Part shown: positions 1 to 8,041 of the stretch, piece by piece
Layout: the number at the start of each line of letters is the position of its first letter
How positions within the stretch are numbered: position 1 is the stretch's first letter
Assembly: GCA_003558085.1 (NCBI GenBank)
Contig: PWMT01000026.1
Location: 1-10,523, forward strand
Source: Methanobacteriaceae archaeon
GTDB taxonomy: Archaea; Methanobacteriota; Methanobacteria; Methanobacteriales; Methanobacteriaceae
Length of the DNA stretch: 10,523 bases
Reading direction: 5' to 3'
The notes under the pieces: generated by a model
What the model was told of the DNA's origin: nothing
What the model saw: only the letters and a program-made list of their open reading frames with translations
Databases searched by the model: none
Position numbers and translations under genes: made by a program

Positions 1-759
1 ATCTATGCAGGAATGATGGATGAGGTTACACCAGAAAGTCTTAAAATGATTGAAGAAGTCAAAGAAGCCATGCGTATTCATGAAATAGGAGAGTATGGTG
101 ATGAAAAACTTCCTGCTGGCCCTAATGTTCCTAGTTCCGATGCTATATTAGTAGTAGAAGGCCGTAGTGATGTCTTGAATTTACTGAAACATGGCATTAA
201 AAATGCAATAGCTGTAGAGGGAGTAAGCGTACCTAAGACTGTAGCTGAATTAACTCGTAAAAAAACCGTCACTGCATTCGTAGATGGTGATAGGGGTGGT
301 GAATTAATTTTAAAAGAATTACTACAAGTTGGTGAAATAGACTACGTAACTCGTGCTCCTAAAGGCAAAGAAGTAGAGGATCTGGGTAAAGATGAGATAA
401 TGGTAGCCCTTAGAGATAAAGTACCCATCGAACAAATGTATCATGATCTAGGTTTTAAAGTACAACCTAAAACCGAGGATAAAATGGTTTTACTTAAAAA
501 TATCCTCAATGAATTGAAAGGATCTGGAAATGCGGAAATATTGGATGACTCATTGAATATATTAAAAGAAGTTAAAGTGGAAAATTTATATGATGAATTG
601 AAAAAAGTGAACAACCATCCCTATGCCGTAGTATTTGATGGAGTAATTAGCCAACGTATGATCGACATTGCTTCAGATAAAGGAATAAAACATATAGTCG
701 CGGTAAGAAGCGGTGAAGTGGTTAAAAGACCTGAAAAAATAAAAATAATTACACATTAA
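1..759 (+). CDS. dnaG: Archaeal DnaG-type primase / exosome-associated protein, C-terminal part (5'-truncated by the window edge)
   Basis: Frame is open from base 1 (IYAGMMDEV...). TOPRIM motifs ILVVEGRSD and AFVDGDRGG, the LPAGP motif, RAPKGKEVEDL, and C-terminal AVVFDGVISQR are all typical of archaeal DnaG. Confidence 0.95.
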   Translation: MYAGMMDEVTPESLKMIEEVKEAMRIHEIGEYGDEKLPAGPNVPSSDAILVVEGRSDVLNLLKHGIKNAIAVEGVSVPKTVAELTRKKTVTAFVDGDRGGELILKELLQVGEIDYVTRAPKGKEVEDLGKDEIMVALRDKVPIEQMYHDLGFKVQPKTEDKMVLLKNILNELKGSGNAEILDDSLNILKEVKVENLYDELKKVNNHPYAVVFDGVISQRMIDIASDKGIKHIVAVRSGEVVKRPEKIKIITH

Positions 760-791
760 TAGTTTATAATTTCCATAACCCTTTTGATTCA

Positions 792-814
792 TTTTTTCCT
801 TATTTTTTTTGTTT
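792..814 (+). terminator. Oligo-T tract, probable archaeal intrinsic terminator of dnaG
   Basis: TTTTTTCCTTATTTTTTTTGTTT about 30 nt after the dnaG stop codon. Confidence 0.5.
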
Positions 815-880
815 GAATCCAGATAAATAAAATAATAAACTATTATTTTTCCTAGATAATCCTTATTTTAGATTCATATT

Positions 881-921
881 AATAATTAGTAACTGGAATA
901 AAAATTGCCCAGTTTATTATT
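881..921. terminator. Imperfect hairpin between convergent genes, possible terminator or 3'-end structure
   Basis: AACTGG (891-896) pairs with CCAGTT (909-914); outer AATAAT (881-886) pairs with ATTATT (916-921); inner AAT/ATT. It lies just 3' of the 87-aa minus-strand gene. Confidence 0.35.
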
Positions 922-932
922 GATAATTTTGA

Positions 933-1196
933 TTAAGTAAACCTTGTTCCGTCTTCTATCTTAGAGTACTCAAATTTATGTATCGATTCAAATGGATAAA
1001 AAATAGTTTCAGAACCTTTATTTTCACCATTATTTTTTACTATTTCCACCCCATCATAATCTAAGTAAATAGATTCAACTACAATGTATTTGTCCTGCTC
1101 TAAGTTTTCTATATCGTCTTGAAAATCTTTTCGAATGAAATATAAAGGTATAGCATCGATATCAGGATATATTTTAATTTTTTTTATCAACTTCAT
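933..1196 (-). CDS. Hypothetical 87-aa acidic protein
   Basis: ATG start preceded by a GGAG Shine-Dalgarno-like sequence (minus strand AGACGGAGTTGG-ATG). It overlaps no other gene and has protein-like composition. No family recognised. Confidence 0.7.
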   Translation of the reverse strand: MKLIKKIKIYPDIDAIPLYFIRKDFQDDIENLEQDKYIVVESIYLDYDGVEIVKNNGENKGSETIFYPFESIHKFEYSKIEDGTRFT

Positions 1197-1323
1197 CCAA
1201 CTCCGTCTCTAATATTTATCTAGAAGGTTTAAATTATATTTTTGATTAAATAATTATCTAATAAATAATTTATATTTAATATAAATTGCAGATTTAAATA
1301 TAAATAAATTTATACTCTAATAA

Positions 1324-1929
1324 TTAATTTTCATCAATAATACTACCTACTTCTCCATTAATAAACCTATCAGTAGTTCTATTATAAAAATACCATGAGA
1401 GAGAGTAGGTGATAAAAAAAACTGCGATGGTAACTAGAAATCCTATTTCAAATATAGCGGTAAAGTTTATTAAAAAATGTAAAGTAACCGCGAGTATATA
1501 AAAAAAAGCTGCCCTTTTTTTAGCTATACCATACGCCACTATGGAAGTGCTTGCAGCGTGAAATAAGATTCCCGGTAATCTGACTATTATAGGAACACCT
1601 AAACCCACTACATAAACAATAAATTCAGCAATTCCAAAACCAAGCCCCACTAGAAATCCTAAAATAAAAATAGATCTTTCAGTTTCCCCGTGCCTATAAA
1701 AAAGTGGAAACGCTTTGGCAAATTCTTCGATTATTGGTGTAAAAATTACTATAGAGCAAACCTGGGCAAAAAAAAAGGGTAAAATTATACATAAGGTGTC
1801 GGTTAAGGTTCCGAAAAATAAAGTTAAAGGCACACTTACTATTATTCCTGAAATAAAAAAGAATATTTTTTCTCTTAAATCAGGTTGGTGATGTTTGATA
1901 ATTAAATAATCATCTTCGCTTTTGCTCAT
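1324..1929 (-). CDS. PrsW-family glutamic-type intramembrane protease
   Basis: Multiple hydrophobic TM segments and all four family motifs: EExxK (IIEEFAK), FxxxE (GFGIAE), H (LFHAAST) and HxxxN (LHFLIN). AAGGAG lies upstream on the minus strand. Confidence 0.88.
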   Translation of the reverse strand: MSKSEDDYLIIKHHQPDLREKIFFFISGIIVSVPLTLFFGTLTDTLCIILPFFFAQVCSIVIFTPIIEEFAKAFPLFYRHGETERSIFILGFLVGLGFGIAEFIVYVVGLGVPIIVRLPGILFHAASTSIVAYGIAKKRAAFFYILAVTLHFLINFTAIFEIGFLVTIAVFFITYSLSWYFYNRTTDRFINGEVGSIIDEN

Positions 1930-2593
1930 TTTATTTACTTCTCCTTATTAAACAAAATTTTTTAGGAATGGACAATCATGAAAATTTAGAAATAGAGAGG
2001 ATGAATCTAGCTTAGAAATATTACTAATATTGGATAGTAGAATCTATTTTATAAGTTTTATTCTAAATAATAAAATTGAAAAACTATTTAAACCTATAAA
2101 AGGTTATGGAATTAGATTTAAACTATTATTTTACTCTTAAATTGAAATTATGGTGTTTTTTATATTTTAAATTTAATTTAAGCATTTATTAATAATTTAA
2201 ATCATGATATAGGATTTTATATAGAAAATTGTATTAAATACTTAAACCTGGCTTTTGCTAAAATTATAGACCATCTTTAGGGAACTATTTATCATGAATA
2301 AGAGATATTAATTAGAAGATCCCTTTCAGGTTTCTGAGTATGATAAAAAATATTAGTCTGGGATTAATGATATATAGATAACTAACTCCTGAAAAAATAA
2401 ATATAAAAAAATTTTTTAGACTAGATTTAAAAGCAAGGAGTAATATTGCTTTGGTGAAAACTATAATTGTATGAAGCTATATGAGTTTTCAACGAACCAG
2501 GCCGGTGAATTTTAATACAACACATAAAGTTTAGCTAAAAAATTAGGATTATAAAGATTCTGGTGTACAAGAATTATTTTAGAGGAAATTAAA

Positions 2594-4105
2594 ATGTACA
2601 TCCATAAAAAGAATGTATTTTTAGATGAAATAGAAACCACAGCGGATATTGAGCTGCCACATGATCCTTTAGATAGGGTAATCGGACAGGAAAATGTTAT
2701 TGAATTGGTTAAAATTGCTGCTAAACAAAGAAGGAATCTTCTTTTAGTAGGTCCTCCCGGTATTGGTAAATCTTTAATTGCTCAAGCTTTATCTTTTCAT
2801 TTAACACCTCCAAACGAACATATAACAGCAGTACACAATCCAGAAAGGCCTGAAAGACCTTTTATTGAAGTTAAAACAAAAGAAGAAATTGAAAATGAAA
2901 TAGAAGATAAGAGGAGAGCAGAAGGCGAATATTTAAGTCCAGAAAAAGTGCCCGATGCAATTGCAGAAAGATTAGGATTTAAATGTGTGCATTGTGGCAG
3001 TTATAATAGTGCTTATCAAAATATATGCTCCCAATGCGGTGGTGATAAATTCTCACATATCCAGGCCCGGCGCAAGCATCTAGGGGATCTATTAGGTATG
3101 TTTGAAATGAATGGCGGTTCAGACAATATACCTCAAGATAGGGTCACCACTACTCGAGTGGTCAATGATAAGGAAGAAGTTATTATATACGAAAGGGCGG
3201 GTGGGAGTGAAATAAAGGTACTGGATCAGCGATCCTTGGAAGAGAGACGTAAAATGGTGGAAAATAAACCGCGCCATGTTATAATTCCTTTAGAGAGGAA
3301 AAATTTTATTCAAGCTACTGGTGCTAGTGAAACTGAGCTTTTAGGAGATGTGAGGCATGATCCTTATGGAGGACATTATGATTTAGGTACCCAACCTTAT
3401 GAAAGAATAGTTCCTGGAGCCATACACGAAGCACATGAAGGAGTGCTTTTTATTGATGAAATAATCCATATTGCAAGTTTACAGCGCTATATCCTAAGCG
3501 CCATGCAAGAAAAATCATTTCCTATTGTAGGTAGAAATCCGCAAAGTGCTGGTAGTTCAGTTAAGGTTGAAAATGTTCCATGTGACTTTATCTTTATTGC
3601 AGCATGTAATATAGTGGATTTAAAATATATTTTGCCACCTCTACGTTCTCGTATTCAGGGAGAAGGATATGAAATTCTGATGAATACCATCATGACTGCA
3701 GATGAAAAAAATGCAGGAAAATTAGCACAATTTGCGGCTCAAGAAATTAATCTAGATGGAAAAATACCGCATGCTACTTCACCAGCAGTGCAAATTTTAA
3801 TTAAAGAAGCTGAAAATAGAGCTTTCTTAATTGATGAGGTGAAAAATGCTTATACTCTGCGTCTTAGAGACTTAGCCGGAGTGATTAAAATGGCTGGTGA
3901 TTTAGCGGTAATGGATGAATCTAATTTTATAAATAAAAAACATATGTCTCAAGCAGTAAATAACGCAATTTCCATTGAAGAGCAAATTTTAAAAAGATAT
4001 AAGAATTTTGAAAAAGCATTTGCAGAAGATTCGTATTCATCCCACAGTTTTAAACAAAAACATTCCCCTTATCCTAATGAGAACATAGACCGCAGTTATT
4101 TATAA
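2594..4105 (+). CDS. Lon-related (LonB-type) AAA+ ATPase lacking the protease domain, with a C4 Zn-ribbon insert
   Basis: LonB-like N-terminus (DPLDRVIGQE), Walker A GPPGIGKS, LLGDVRHDPYGG, PGAIHEAHEGVLFIDE (Walker B), PPLRSRI arginine finger and LRLRDLAG sensor-2 region. CVHC-x10-CSQC insert, no TM helices, no C-terminal Ser-Lys protease domain. GAGG SD upstream. Confidence 0.9.
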   Translation: MYIHKKNVFLDEIETTADIELPHDPLDRVIGQENVIELVKIAAKQRRNLLLVGPPGIGKSLIAQALSFHLTPPNEHITAVHNPERPERPFIEVKTKEEIENEIEDKRRAEGEYLSPEKVPDAIAERLGFKCVHCGSYNSAYQNICSQCGGDKFSHIQARRKHLGDLLGMFEMNGGSDNIPQDRVTTTRVVNDKEEVIIYERAGGSEIKVLDQRSLEERRKMVENKPRHVIIPLERKNFIQATGASETELLGDVRHDPYGGHYDLGTQPYERIVPGAIHEAHEGVLFIDEIIHIASLQRYILSAMQEKSFPIVGRNPQSAGSSVKVENVPCDFIFIAACNIVDLKYILPPLRSRIQGEGYEILMNTIMTADEKNAGKLAQFAAQEINLDGKIPHATSPAVQILIKEAENRAFLIDEVKNAYTLRLRDLAGVIKMAGDLAVMDESNFINKKHMSQAVNNAISIEEQILKRYKNFEKAFAEDSYSSHSFKQKHSPYPNENIDRSYL

Positions 4106-4279
4106 AGATTTAATTTGATTTCCTCTAAATTTTCCACTGATGCATTTCATAACAGAGTATCGCAGGTTTTATAAAAGATTAAATTACCTAAAAAACAAAA
4201 ATCTATTAAGCTCGTATATGATTAAATTATAATTACTATAAGAATTATTTAAGTTTAGAAAAGTTTAATAGATGATATC

Positions 4280-5275
4280 ATGAATCCTTATTTAAAAAAA
4301 ACAGGATATCTGTCTGCTGAATTTCAAGAAGATTTAGAAATATCTTTCCCTAGTAAGGGGACAGGTGAAAGAAAGAGTATTTTAGAAGTATTTGATTTTC
4401 CAGATATGATCGAAGAATATTTAGTGGAACTTGAAATTCGAAATTATTCTTCCAATACTATTAAAACTTATAAATCAATCGTTAATAACTTTTATAAGTT
4501 CTTAGAAAAAGAAAAAAATCTTTATGATTATAAAATGGTGTTAAAATCTTTTAAAAGGTATATTCAATACTTGAAAAGGGATAAAAACGTTTCACAAAAT
4601 TACATTTATCTGGTGACTGTGGTGGTTAAAAAATTTTTAGAGTATCATAATCTTTACATTTTAGATGAGGTTAAAACTCCTAAAAGAAGTAAGTCTCTAC
4701 CTAAATCCTTAAATGAATCCGAAGTGATAAACTTAATCAATGCTGTCGAATATGATGTGGATAATGAAGATGAGTCACCGCTACAGAAAAGTATCAAACT
4801 ACGGAATAAAGTTATATTAGCTCTTTTATATTCTTCTGGACTTCGAATTTCAGAATTAGTGTCTCTAAAGGTAGATGATGTCGATCCCTCTGATAGAACC
4901 ATCAGAATACGTGGAAAAGGTGAAAAAGATCGTATTGTACTCTTTGATGAGGTAACTAAAAATTTAATGAAAGTTTATATTAATTTGATTGCTAAAGATG
5001 CTGACTACTTATTTTTAAACCGCTTTGGTAAACCCATAACTCCCCGCTATGTGCAAATGATGATAAAAAAATATGCTGCCCTGGCAGGCATCAAGAAAAA
5101 AGTTACTCCCCATATTTTACGTCATTCCTTTGCCACCCATCTATTAAAGAATGGAGTTGATATAAGGGCTATTCAGCAATTACTTGGACATTCCAATCTT
5201 TCCACCACTCAAATTTACACTAGTGTGGACATGCAAACCTTGCGTAATGTTTATGATCGGGCTAAGTTAATGTAA
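4280..5275 (+). CDS. xerA: Site-specific tyrosine recombinase XerA (XerC/D family)
   Basis: N-terminal SAM-like domain ([11 protein letters not shown]). Catalytic residues R (SSGLRISE), K (GKGEK), HxxR ([11 protein letters not shown]), H (LLGH) and Y (TQIYT) are present. Housekeeping context. Confidence 0.9.
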   Translation: MNPYLKKTGYLSAEFQEDLEISFPSKGTGERKSILEVFDFPDMIEEYLVELEIRNYSSNTIKTYKSIVNNFYKFLEKEKNLYDYKMVLKSFKRYIQYLKRDKNVSQNYIYLVTVVVKKFLEYHNLYILDEVKTPKRSKSLPKSLNESEVINLINAVEYDVDNEDESPLQKSIKLRNKVILALLYSSGLRISELVSLKVDDVDPSDRTIRIRGKGEKDRIVLFDEVTKNLMKVYINLIAKDADYLFLNRFGKPITPRYVQMMIKKYAALAGIKKKVTPHILRHSFATHLLKNGVDIRAIQQLLGHSNLSTTQIYTSVDMQTLRNVYDRAKLM

Positions 5276-5502
5276 ACATTAAAAATTATTTTTAATCTAT
5301 TTAAGCTAATTAATATTATTGATTTGACGATTATAAGATTAACTTTTTGATTTTAAATTATCAAGAAATTTTTGATTAATCTCCTAACCACCTTCCAGGT
5401 GAAGAGATATATTGATTAACAAATTTTATGCATAAGATTATACATAATATCTTTATCTCTTATTAAGCATAGTTAAATATAATTTTTTATTAATCCTCGA
5501 AA

Positions 5503-6477
5503 TTGATTGAGGGGGATGATAGTATAAAAGAATTAGCTAAACCAAAACTGATTTTAAGTCGATGTATAGAACATGACCATTGTAGATATGATGGATCCAC
5601 TATTAGCAGCCCTTTCGTCAAAGAATTGGAACAATATGTTGAATTTCAAACCATTTGTCCTGAAGTTGAGATTGGTCTGGGAATTCCCAGGAAACCTATC
5701 CGCATCAGAGAAAAAAATAAAGATCTACGTTTGGTTCAGCCAGAAACTGGTAGGGATATTACTGAAGAGATGGAAGAATTTTCATCCGAATTTTTAAAAT
5801 CTATTAAAGATTTAGATGGATTTATTTTAAAAAACCGTTCACCCTCTTGTGGTTTAAATAATATTAAAATTTATCCTGAAGTTGAAGGCCGACCTCGTAG
5901 AGATGGACAGGGATTTTTTGGTGGGGAGGTACTGAAAAAATTTCCTCATCTAGCAATTGAGGATGAAGGAAGACTTAGAAATCTGAAAATAAGAGAAAAC
6001 TTTCTTATAAAATTATTTACTCTTAGTAGATTTAGAGAGATTAAAAAAAATAAAAAATTATCAGATTTAATAGATTTTCAAACCTGTAATAAGTATCTTT
6101 TAATGGCCTATAATCCAGAACTGGTTCGAGAAATGGGAAGATTGATTGCTAATCAAAGTAATTATTCTCCAGGAAAGCTTTACTCGGAATATGAAGAAAT
6201 ATTTTTTAAAGCTATGGAAAAGCCTATTAAAATAACCTCCAATATAAATGTGCTTATGCATGCTTTAGGGCACTTTTCTAAGAAATTAAATGCTGAAGAA
6301 AAGGCTTTCTTTTTAGATGCCCTTGAAAAATATCGGCAAGGAGTTATGCCTTTACTGGTTTGTTTGAATATCTTAAAAGCCTGGATAATACGATTTAATG
6401 ATGATTATCTAGCACAGCAAACCTATTTTGAACCATATCCACTAGAATTAATACCGGTTACCACTATTTATCAATAA
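5503..6477 (+). CDS. DUF523 + DUF1722 fusion protein (YbgA / RudS-like; TudS-type 4Fe-4S thiouridine desulfidase domain); start codon uncertain
   Basis: DUF523 Cys motifs SRC, CRYDG, ICPEVEIGLGIPR and LKNRSPSCG, then EDEGRL..RENF. DUF1722 motifs NKYLLMAY, NVLMHALGHF and YLAQQTYFEPYP. It lies directly upstream of the photolyase, like E. coli ybgA-phr. The SD-like GAGGGGGATGAT points to ATA at 5524 rather than TTG at 5503. Confidence 0.88.
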   Translation: MIEGDDSIKELAKPKLILSRCIEHDHCRYDGSTISSPFVKELEQYVEFQTICPEVEIGLGIPRKPIRIREKNKDLRLVQPETGRDITEEMEEFSSEFLKSIKDLDGFILKNRSPSCGLNNIKIYPEVEGRPRRDGQGFFGGEVLKKFPHLAIEDEGRLRNLKIRENFLIKLFTLSRFREIKKNKKLSDLIDFQTCNKYLLMAYNPELVREMGRLIANQSNYSPGKLYSEYEEIFFKAMEKPIKITSNINVLMHALGHFSKKLNAEEKAFFLDALEKYRQGVMPLLVCLNILKAWIIRFNDDYLAQQTYFEPYPLELIPVTTIYQ

Positions 6478-6499
6478 ATTGTTAATTTGTGTGTTTAAA

Positions 6500-7870
6500 T
6501 TGATCCAGAATGAAAGAATAAAATCATTAAATGAAAATCAAGAAAATAAGGGAGAATACATACTTTACTGGATGCAATCTTCTCCCCGAAGTCATTATAA
6601 CCATGCATTAGAATTTGCAGTGCAAAAATCCCGTGATATAGATCTTCCATTACTCTGTTTTTTTGGTTTAACCTCCCATTTCTTAGAAGCTAATCAAAGA
6701 CATTATCAATTTTTATTAGAAGGATTAAAAGATACCCAAAATGCTCTTGGTGATAAAAATATACAACTTATAGTTTGGGATAAGTCTCCAGAAATAGGTG
6801 CGGTGGAATTATCCCAAGAAGCATCTTTAACTATAACTGATCGTGGATATATGCGTTTACAGCGCCAATGGCAGGACGAAGTAGCTAAAAATATATAAAT
6901 ACCCTTAATTCAAGTAGAAAGTAATGTTATTGTACCTATAGAAACGGCCTCAGTTAAAGAAGAATATTCTGCTGGCACTCTAAGACCTAAAATTCAAAAG
7001 TTATTGAATTTGTTTATGAATCCCCTTACTGAAACTGGTGTGACTAAAAGTTCTATGGAGTTTGATTATAATTCCTTAGATCTTAATGATACTGAGACTG
7101 TTCTAAAAAAACTTAAAATTAAAAATGAAGTTCCAGCAAGTATTTATAAAGGTGGAAATTCTGTTGCTGTTGAAATTTTTGAATCTTTTTTAAAAAATAA
7201 GTTAAAATATTTTGCAGATTTAAGAAATGATCCTACTAAAGATTGTTTATCCCATATGAGCCCTTATCTTCATTTCGGACAAATTTCACCTTTATATTTG
7301 GCACTGAAAGTAGCTGAATATAATGGTAATGGTAAAGATGCTTATTTAGAAGAGTTAATTATTCGAAGAGAGTTGAGTATGAATTTTGTGCACTACAATC
7401 CAGTTTATGATGAATTTGAATGTTTACCTGATTGGGCTAAAACTACTCTGCTGGAACATCGTAATGATAGACGTGAATATGTGTATTCCCTAGAAGAATT
7501 AGAATATGCCCATACTCATGATCCTTACTGGAATGCCGCTCAAAAAGAAATGGTGATTAAAGGGAAAATGCACGGATATATGCGGATGTATTGGAGTAAA
7601 AAAATTTTAGAATGGACTGATGATCCTCGTAAAGCATATGATATTGTCTTGTATTTTAATGACAAGTATGAAATTGATGGCAGAGATCCCAATGGATATG
7701 CTGGAGTAGCCTGGTGTTTTGGAAAGCATGATCGGGCCTGGAAAGAAAGAGAAATTTTTGGTAAAGTACGTTATATGAATGCTAATGGCTTAAAACGTAA
7801 ATTTAAAATCGATTTATATGTAGATAAAATTAATGATTTGGAATATGACCTGGATTTAATTAAAAATTAA
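6500..7870 (+). pseudogene. phr: Class II CPD DNA photolyase interrupted by a single in-frame TAA (6896-6898)
   Basis: ORFs 6479..6898 and 7004..7870 share a frame, and the sequence between them translates to conserved photolyase ([32 protein letters not shown]). Class II motifs: [73 protein letters not shown]. Likely start is TTG 6500 (MIQNERIK). Confidence 0.88.
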
Positions 7871-8041
7871 TTTAAACCTTTCTTTGAGGATAATCTATTT
7901 TTTTTGGTTATAATTGATTATGTAATGTTCTTAGATATTTAAGCAGCATATGATCGTAAAAATCATATTCTTAGTGTAGAGTTTATTATTATTCAAGTTA
8001 ATGATGGTCTCTTAAATAGATTACCTACTAGTATCTATAAC

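Noticed and set aside
78-272. 64-aa minus-strand ORF
   Set aside because: Antisense shadow entirely within dnaG, with no recognisable motif.
1968-2015. 15-codon ORF MDNHENLEIERMNLA in the PrsW-ATPase spacer
   Set aside because: Too short, no well-spaced SD and no homology evidence.
1930-2593. CRISPR array, tRNA or replication origin in the long intergenic spacer
   Set aside because: No regularly spaced repeats, cloverleaf or repeated ORB-like boxes seen, and no cdc6/orc1 gene in the window.
4654-4902. 82-aa minus-strand ORF
   Set aside because: Ser-rich antisense shadow of xerA.
4280-5275. Tyrosine recombinase as the integrase of a provirus or island
   Set aside because: The sequence is Xer-like, the neighbours are housekeeping genes, and I see no tRNA, att direct repeats or viral/plasmid genes.
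5573-5797. 74-aa alternative-frame ORF
   Set aside because: Nested out of frame within the conserved DUF523 domain, with no SD or motif.
6896-6898. Programmed readthrough (Sec/Pyl) of the photolyase stop
   Set aside because: The codon is TAA, whereas Sec uses TGA and Pyl uses TAG, and I see no recoding structure.
7996-8030. Fluoride-riboswitch-like words (GATGGT...ACCTAC)
   Set aside because: The P1 stem and conserved spacing are missing, and the downstream gene is bioY rather than a fluoride exporter.
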